A DNA stretch of 39,308 nucleotides from Eledone cirrhosa (Eukaryota). Both the position numbers and the translations under genes were made by a program. The notes beneath the pieces were generated by a model, which had not been told where the DNA came from, ran no database searches, and saw nothing but the letters and a program-made list of their open reading frames with translations. The stretch spans positions 1 through 39,308 of the forward strand of contig CAXHJY010000833.1 in the NCBI GenBank assembly GCA_964016885.1. Direction: 5' to 3'. Position 1 is the first letter of the stretch. Each line of letters begins with the position of its first letter. Of this stretch, positions 30,168 through 39,308 are shown in pieces.

Positions 30168-30453
30168 TTCAAGAAAGAAGAGTGACATGGTTGGCTATAC
30201 AATAAGGGCTTTATTCACATTGCTGACAATTGTTTCTTTGATCTGGCAGGTCTAGAGTTCGCTATACGCCTGATTATGCGCCAATCGATGTGCTCCGAAG
30301 AAAAATACTGGTTATAAACAAAGTATTGGAGATCGATTGGCGCATTATCAGGCGTATAGCGAACTCTAAACCTGCCAGATCAAAGAAACAATTGTCAGCA
30401 ATGTGAATAAAGCCATTATTGTGTAGCGAACCATGTCAATCTTCTTTCTTGAA
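30168..30453. repeat. Foldback with ~128-bp arms and ~31-bp loop
   Basis: 30168-30296 is the reverse complement of 30328-30453 with few mismatches. Confidence 0.9.
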
Positions 30454-31215
30454 TTATATATATATATATATATATATGTATATGTATATGTGTATGTGAG
30501 TGTGTATGTGAGTGTGTGTGTGTGTGTGTTTGTCTGTGTGTGTGTGTGTGTTTTGTATGTAAGTGTTCATAATAAATTCATTTTTCCGTTGTTGTTTTTA
30601 TATAATAGTTGTAAAGCTATACCTCAATTATTTTTCATTTCAGATGCCATTTCATATAACTTTCATACATTGAAGATATTGTTTTGTTATTTATTGTTTG
30701 TCTTCTGTTGGTTGTGATGAATAACATAGACTGTAATCTTAGAAGAGATACTAGTAACATTTCCGATGGTAATAATGGAAGTAATTGCTCTCAGTCGAAT
30801 TTAGACTATCGATGGAGACGTCATCTCAGGTAAATCATTTTCTTACGTTACACCTCTCATCAGAGTTATATTGATATTTCTTTACTGAGATTGTCGTATA
30901 CTTCCTATTGATTTCGGTTTGACAAGGACGAAGGAGAGAGTGAGGAAAAAGATTGTTGGTGTAGTTGAAATGAAATGTATTGAATGATTTTTTAAAAGGG
31001 GGTACCAATAATCTGTCAATATATGACACTTCCCAACAGATAATTTCATTGGATATACAGTTTATGTTGCAAATCAATTACATTAATATTGTTATATTTG
31101 AGGAGGTTCGTGGTGTCCTGACAGTGGGAGTTTGATTCCTTTGTGTATATGTATTTGGTTCCTGGTGTATATGTAGATATTTATTTACCGCACCTTTATT
31201 ACCAAGAAAGGTAAT

Positions 31216-31392
31216 TGTTTCTACTTTAGGCACAAGGCCAGCAATTACCCAGTGCATTACTGGTACTTTATTTTATCGACCCGTAAGGATGAAAGGCAAA
31301 GTCAACCTCGGCGGGATTTGAACTCAGTTCCTAAAGGGACGTAATACGCTGGAAAGCATGGCGTCCGACCCTCTACCGCCAATGCACCGCCC
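31216..31392 (-). mobile_element. SINE S1 with 18-bp TSD
   Basis: ATTACCAAGAAAGGTAAT at 31198-31215 and 31393-31410. Confidence 0.92.
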
Positions 31393-32401
31393 ATTACCAA
31401 GAAAGGTAATGAAAGAAGTTATGTAAATGAACATGGAATGGTTAATTTATTGCAAGAGACACAAATAGTTAATAAATATTTACTTTTGCTTAGTTTATCA
31501 ACCATAACCGTTAAGTATAATTATTTATCGTTATTTATCTATACTATTCAAGTACTTATATAAAGTAGCTAAAATATAAAGTTTTGTTCATGCAGGAAAA
31601 TAATACGTTAATGTAACAATTATAAAATACAAAACCGCTATCTCTCTTCTAAGTTTAAAACCAATTCAACGTTTCTGATATATTCCATACTTTACAAACA
31701 AACAGCTATTCAAACGAAACGCAAGTACATGATGACCGTCAAGCGACTTCATTTACAGTTTAAATAGATTGCATTTACGCTGAACTAAGGAGAAAAGTAT
31801 GAATGTTACAATATTAATTTCTGCCAAGTTAAAGACATAAAATATAAGATGACTGTAATTACTAATGTCTCGTTTTTAATTATTCCATTTCATGTTCTTC
31901 CCTGGGACCAACAGGGATGTGATAAAACAATTGTATATTTATAATTTACCTGAAATTTAAATGGATAAGGCATCTTTTTTTCATCCTACGTGTTAAAGGA
32001 AAGATTCAATACGTACCCATTTCGCTTGTACAAAGTAAGTTATTCAACGTTCTGTGTTGATGTCACAAAGAAGAGTAGAAAATCCTTTGAAAATAAAAGA
32101 AAACGAATAGTTAGTATAAGCCTGGAAACTATTGAATGTTGTTTGGTTATATAATAGAGAATATATTTACATAAATTATTTTGTATGTTTATTTGTGTAG
32201 CCATATGCTATCTTACTAACAATGTATATTGATATTGATAGAGAATTGCATGTGACCAACATATTACAAGCTGATAGTAGTGACATTTTCTCACGATCAT
32301 CGACAAAGACTGGAAAGGTTATTGACATTTTGTCATCGACACTACCGCCGAACGGTGTTCAAAATAATTGACTGATTTCACCGACTAGAAATGTATAAAA
32401 T

Positions 32402-32591
32402 AATTGTTTCTACTTTTGATACAAGGCCAGCAATTATCCAGTGCATTACTGGTACTTTATTCTATCGACCCCGTAAGGATGAAAGGCAAAGTTAACCTCG
32501 ACGGGATTTGAACTCGGACCATAAAGGGCCGTAACTCTATGCGGCAAAGCATGGCGTCCGACCCTCTACCGGTACTGCCAATCCACCGCCC
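32402..32591 (-). mobile_element. SINE S1 with TSD
   Basis: TGTATAAAAT at 32392 and 32592. Confidence 0.9.
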
Positions 32592-32747
32592 TGTATAAAA
32601 TGTATAAACTAATGATACAACATATATAGGGCAAGCAGAGTTTATGACTTTATTGAGATAGCATTTAATTCTGGTTTAAAAACATTATATGAACGGAAAA
32701 AATGAAACGAAATTTCATTTCTCACTCTTAGTACGGCTGTTACTTAA

Positions 32748-33113
32748 ATATAAGTATGTATACGTACATACATATATGTGTACAGATGTACAGTAGTATG
32801 TATATATATATACATACATGCACACATATATATATATGTACGTATGGATTCACCGAACATTTATTATAATGCTCGGTGTGTTTGTAAACAAACATCCCGA
32901 ATTAAGCCGTACAGTGTCTAGCAACCATCGTTGCTCATTTGTTCAACACTGACAAAGGAACGCTGTACTAGTTTCAAGCTTATTAGCTATCGTCAGCAAC
33001 GTATACCTTCCTGCCAGATGATTGAACGTTTGAAAGTATATACTTTATGTATATATATATACATACTACTGTACGCCTGTATACATATATGTATGTACGT
33101 ATACATACTTATA
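32748..33113. mobile_element. MITE-like element with ~65-bp low-complexity inverted termini
   Basis: ATATAAGTATGTATACGTACATACATATATG..GTACAGTAGTATGTATATATATATACA is mirrored at 33048-33113. Confidence 0.6.
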
Positions 33114-33224
33114 TATACATACTAACATTATATGACTTATAGTTAAATACCACACTAGGCATTTTAAACAGATATGTCCAGTAACTAATACAGACATTCT
33201 GATGAATATTCCAAGCTACTAGAG

Positions 33225-33751
33225 CAGAGATTCTCAAAGTCCAGGGGGCTCTGGGGTTGAGGGGACGGTGGCGGAGCAGTAGAGATGATATGATAGTATA
33301 TTAAATATCAAATGATACATATTATATATAGTAAAATAAAAAAAATAAAAAAAATATATAAAATTTATTTATACATAGTATATATTATATTATATTTTAT
33401 GTATAAAGTAAGGATTTTATTTATTATATATTATTTACAATTTACCAGGGCGGTGAATTGGCAGTATCGGTAGAGCGTCAGACACCATGCTTTACAGCAT
33501 AGAGTTATGGCCCTTTACGTTCGACGTTCCAATCCCGCCGAGGTTAACTTTGCTTTTCATCCTTACGGGGTCGATAAAATAAAGTACCAGTAATGCTGTG
33601 GGATAATTGCTGGCCTTGTGCCAAAAGTAGAAACAATTATTTACAATGTGCGTGTTGGCTGGCCTCTCTGGAAGTAGGGTTGGTGGGTGCTGAGATTATG
33701 CGGGACCGTGAGGGGAGTGGCGTGGCCCGAAAAGTTTGAGAACTTCTGCTG
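33225..33751. mobile_element. hAT (Charlie-like) MITE
   Basis: TIRs CAGAGATTCTCAAA / TTTGAGAACTTCTG(CTG); 8-bp TSD TACTAGAG at 33217 and 33752. Confidence 0.8.
33442..33635 (+). mobile_element. SINE S1 nested in the hAT MITE
   Basis: TSD ATTATTTACAAT at 33430 and 33636. Confidence 0.9.
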
Positions 33752-34514
33752 TACTAGAGTAACAGAGATCTGTACATGTAAATCTGTATCCGTATCCATA
33801 GAAATGCTTACAATTGTTTTGAATTCACAAATATTGAAATCCTCAACATTGCAATCAAATTAAAGAAAGGCGTACACTTCTTAAATCTACCGATTCCTCT
33901 ACAAATGTTCCTTATCAGTTGATGTCGAAATCTTTCTAGGGATTATTACAATTCACCTACTGAGAAATATCAAACTCTATGTCAAATTAATTAAATAGAT
34001 GCAACGATAAATTCGATGCTCTCAGTTATTTGATAATGTATCTAATTTCGCAACTCGGCTTTAATAACATATTGTATTACTACAATAAGTGTATAACAGA
34101 AAATCTTAATATTAGAAACAGGTGGAAGTAAATAGCGAATTTATAATTTATACGTATAAAATATTAGATTACTGCAGAGGGTTTAGTAATCTCTTGAGTA
34201 AGCAACATTTGTTAATGAGCTCTAGATATTTCTAGTAATATAACATGGATAGAAGCCATAATTTAGCAACAAAATTTAGTAGGTAATGGATCAAATAAAG
34301 TAATTACAACTTGTCTAATATATCCTCTGCATATTAATGTTCTCAAATATAGAGTTAATGAAGATAAAATATATTACATGAAAACATTGCCGATATACAT
34401 ATTATATTTAATATAAAGAATGGTATACTTATACCCGGAGATGCTATAATATAGCTTATCAAATAGTGAATGAATGTAATAAAGGATCTCGAAGCAAATA
34501 TTATATGGTACCCT

Positions 34515-34690
34515 AATGTTTAGGGGGCCCAGGTACGATTCCCGGCATGGGAACTAATATTTTTCTGCCTGGAGCTGCAACCAGTAGTTAGTATCAGCAA
34601 TGGAAAGACCAATGGAGATGTTGCTTACTTGGTCCGATTTGACGAGCTATACCCCAGGTGAGGTCAGGTATCTTGTAGATCGACAGATAA
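34515..34690 (+). mobile_element. Decayed tRNA-SINE sharing a 3' domain with S2
   Basis: B-box-like GGTACGATTCCCGGC, then TTCTGCCTGGAGCTGC..AGCAATGGAAAGACCAA..GGTCCGATTTGACGA as in 37552-37632. Confidence 0.65.
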
Positions 34691-35070
34691 AAGGATTTAG
34701 AAGCGTTCCTAGCACAAAACAAAACGGTGCTTTCAGTATTAAGTAAATTCAGATTTGAAGGCTTTTATATGTATCTAAGGAACACTGAAAAAAATTGTTT
34801 GTCATGACCATGAATGTAGAAACGGGAAAACGAGGGTGCGGAATTTTCATTTTCATTCTTGCTACTGGACCCTTAACACCCCACATTTAATAATATTTAT
34901 TCTAAATTGTACAATTGTGTGACGTATATAAAAGAAAGAGAAAAGAAATAATACCACAGACGCCAAGGAATATCCATTCATTATTCACGTAAATACAATT
35001 GAAATGGCTTTGAATAAAGAGAAATGGCTTAAAACTGGAGACAGAATTTTAGAATTCAGTTTCATGGAAC

Positions 35071-35118
35071 CTTTCAACTCCGGTACCTTTCAACTCCGGC
35101 ACTTTCAACTCCGGCACC
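35071..35118. repeat. Three copies of a 15-16-bp tandem repeat
   Basis: CTTTCAACTCCGG(T/C)AC. Confidence 0.85.
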
Positions 35119-35297
35119 ATTTACAGACTGGAAAATATGATTTTAACATTCAGTGCCATTTCTGAATCACGTTTGATGAAGTACAATTGATTGAAGTTAC
35201 GATTGTTTATCAGAAATATAAAGCTGCATTTTGGTAGCAGCAGTATGGCTATTAAAATACACGCACGGAGTATTAAAAATGCATATATATACTACTG

Positions 35298-35337
<40 letters not shown>

Positions 35338-35669
35338 ATTTCTACTAACACCCTTCAACCATTCCTTTCAAAGGGTCATGACCTCAACTAAAGTGTATTA
35401 GTTTTCATCTTAACACCATATGAAAAAAACAATTTGATTCGTTAGTTCTTCAACTAGCTCCAAATATGGACATGATACTAACATGTTACTACTTCAGAGT
35501 AAAATTATTATTACTTTTTAAAACAGTTGGTGATATGCATGTAAGTAAATATTCTCTCTATCTGATAGTTTGTAAACTTACATAGATACAATGTATTATC
35601 ACCATCTAGAAACGATCGTAAAGCAGTGAAGTATATCTCTAATGACTTGATTGTTTATTTCATTGTTTT

Positions 35670-35728
<59 letters not shown>

Positions 35729-36188
35729 AAAGGATAACAAAGACGACTAAACATCGAGTGCTCACCCGGGTGAACCTGCAGTAACTCCAAGTTACACTCC
35801 ATATATGTGTATATATATATATATATAAGTATAAAGAAAGTACCCAAGCGAAGACATGCTGTAGGGTAAAGCCCCTTAAAAGATAGAAAAAGAAGTTGTC
35901 ATCGTCCGCTATGAGTAGATGAACCCCGTAACTTCCAGATGGCAACGTCTTTTAAGGGACCTCACCCCATTTTATAAGCTTCCTTTATAGCATTTCCTCG
36001 CTTGAACAATTTCTTTATACTTCAAATGCCCATGTTTCGGCTTCACACGTTCATTATATATATTTTGATATCACCGGTTTTTAACATTAATCTGTGATGT
36101 GATCACTGAAATAAAGAGATCGACCTCTTTAACAAGTTAAGTATAATATCACAAATATTATATAGATTTTCAAATAAACATAATATAA

Positions 36189-36374
36189 TGTTTTCTACTT
36201 TAGGCACAAGGCCAGCAATTACCCAGTGCATTACCGGTACTTCATTTTATCGATCCCGTAAGGATGAAAGGCAAAGTCAACCTCGGCGGGATTTGAACTC
36301 AGATCGTAAAGTGACGTAACTAAGCTGGAAAGCATGGCGTCCGACCCTCCACCGATACTGCCAATCCACCGCCC
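36189..36374 (-). mobile_element. SINE S1 with 21-bp TSD
   Basis: TTTCAAATAA(A/T)CATAATATAA at 36168 and 36375. Confidence 0.92.
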
Positions 36375-36449
36375 TTTCAAATAATCATAATATAAGATAA
36401 ACTGATCTCTCTATTTATATATATATTATATATTATATATATATATATA

Positions 36450-36480
<31 letters not shown>

Positions 36481-36517
36481 ATATATATATATATTATATA
36501 TATATATAATATATATA

Positions 36518-37368
36518 TCTATATATATAAAACTGTGGTTGTCTGTCTGTCTATCGATTTTTGGCACACATCTCCTCTTAGAATCTCTCACGGAATTGCA
36601 CCGAAATTGCTATACTTGTACATTGAGCCCTAGCGAAGACATCGGAAAAAAAAATTTCAAATTGACCCACCCTATGTGACGAAATCGAATATAATGTATC
36701 GATTTTTGAGCGTAAGTTATCAGTTATTTCCCTTTGTTCTGTTTACATTGAGCGTCTTACGTAAACAATTACGCTGGCTTTCTCAGCGCTTAAAATGACA
36801 TTTGCAAAATTCATCAGTTCGAACACTAAGCTTCCGTTTTGCTTCATTTCCATTTAAAAGCATTTTAAAACAATATTTTTACTTGAAAACAAGTCTATTT
36901 AAAGACTACGTAAAACAAGCAAATATTTCGTCGTTAGGCGTGCAGACAGACAGTCGTGCAGAGAGGTGATATAGGCGTGCAGACAGACAGTCGTGCAGAG
37001 AGGTGATATAGGCGTGCAGACAGACAGTCGTGCAGAGAGGTGATATAGGCGTGCAGACAGACATAACTGATAATTTGGTTGCGCTAATGTTTTTCTCTGC
37101 GTTGCAGTGTTTACATTTTCGATCTTTGTTAATAAATAACCAATGCAGTTTCTATCCCCAGCATCCTCTTTTGGTATAACATTCGGGTTATCGTTATGTT
37201 TTCTTAACTTCATAAGGCATAGTGTTGGTTGAGGGAATATTAATCAAAAACACCACATGCAAGTCTGCACAGTAGACACTACAGTTTTTAAGCCAAGAAA
37301 GAAACTTAACATTGTAACTTTAACACAGCTACTGAGCGACCCCGAGCAACGCCGGGCTTTACTGCTAG
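36518..37368 (+). mobile_element. Non-autonomous Helitron
   Basis: 5' TCTATATATATAAAA..(GTCT)n; 3' hairpin CCCG-AGCAACGC-CGGG followed by CTAG; inserted between A and T with no TSD. Confidence 0.85.
36935..37063. repeat. 3.5 copies of a 37-bp tandem repeat inside the Helitron
   Basis: TAGGCGTGCAGACAGACAGTCGTGCAGAGAGGTGATA at 36935, 36972, 37009, 37046. Confidence 0.95.
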
Positions 37369-37388
37369 TATATTATATATATATTATA

Positions 37389-37431
<43 letters not shown>

Positions 37432-37650
37432 GTGAAGGCGTGTGGCTGAGTGGTTAGGGAATTGGATTCGCAATCGTAAGGTTGTGAGTTCGATTCCTGG
37501 ACCAGGCGATGCGTTATGTCCTTGAGCAAGACACTTTATTTCACGTTGCTCCTTCTACCTGGAGTTGCGATAGATAGCATTAGCAATTGGAAAGACCAAC
37601 GGAAACATTGTTCCGACGGTCCGATTTGACGAAAGTCGATCGTTCCTTTT
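37432..37650 (+). mobile_element. tRNA-derived CORE-like SINE S2, copy 1
   Basis: A box TGGCTGAGTGG, B box GAGTTCGATTCC, CORE-like TGTCCTTGAGCAAGACACTT. Confidence 0.85.
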
Positions 37651-39006
<1,356 letters not shown>

Positions 39007-39225
39007 GTGAAGGCGTGTGGCTGAGTGGTTAGGGAATTGGATTCGCAATCGTAAGGTTGTGAGTTCGATTCCTGGACCAGGCGATGCGTTATGTCCTTGA
39101 GCAAGACACTTTATTTCACGTTGCTCCTTCTACCTGGAGTTGCGATAGATAGCATTAGCAATTGGAAAGACCAACGGAAACATTGTTCCGACGGTCCGAT
39201 TTGACGAAAGTCGATCGTTCCTTTT
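39007..39225 (+). mobile_element. SINE S2, copy 2
   Basis: Appears identical to 37432-37650. Confidence 0.85.
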
Positions 39226-39242
39226 ATATATATATATTATAT

Positions 39243-39300
<58 letters not shown>

Positions 39301-39308
39301 ATATTATA

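Noticed and set aside
30560-31080. Minus-strand CTGATGA and faint GIY-YIG-like translation
   Set aside because: No hammerhead stems, and the protein similarity is too degenerate to support.
36021-36060. Minus-strand ATGA...CCGAAACATG hammerhead remnant
   Set aside because: CUGA core missing and no UH triplet.
36935-37063. CRISPR-like 37-bp repeats
   Set aside because: Head-to-tail with no spacers, no cas genes, eukaryotic context.
37436-37506. tRNA gene (also 39011-39081)
   Set aside because: A/B boxes run on into a SINE body and I could not form a clean acceptor stem.

Overview
Repeat-dense eukaryotic DNA with no confidently identifiable host gene. A cephalopod/mollusc origin is inferred from the SINE types and the extreme (TA)n content. 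Nearly all short ORFs in the track are microsatellite artefacts. The window is dominated by mobile elements inserted in (TA)n arrays. (1) A near-intact Penelope-like retroelement (PLE, Naiad-type RT + C-terminal GIY-YIG, about 829 aa after repairing one poly-C frameshift and one TAA) in partial-tandem form, with a hammerhead ribozyme (HHR) in each pseudo-LTR. (2) A second PLE family forming an ~8.1-kb head-to-head inverted repeat, with an HHR carrying a ~114-nt stem II in each arm. (3) Nested in one arm, a 1-kb non-coding element made of two 379-bp direct repeats, each with a full type-I HHR. This is retrozyme-like and predicts a 630-nt self-excised, possibly circular RNA; it is the top finding. 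Also present: tandem Tx1/L1 3' ends, CR1-group LINE fragments, seven copies of one tRNA-SINE, two CORE-like SINEs, a non-autonomous Helitron, a hAT MITE, foldback elements and a candidate 15-nt microexon. Three unrelated hammerhead families (six copies) were found by eye.
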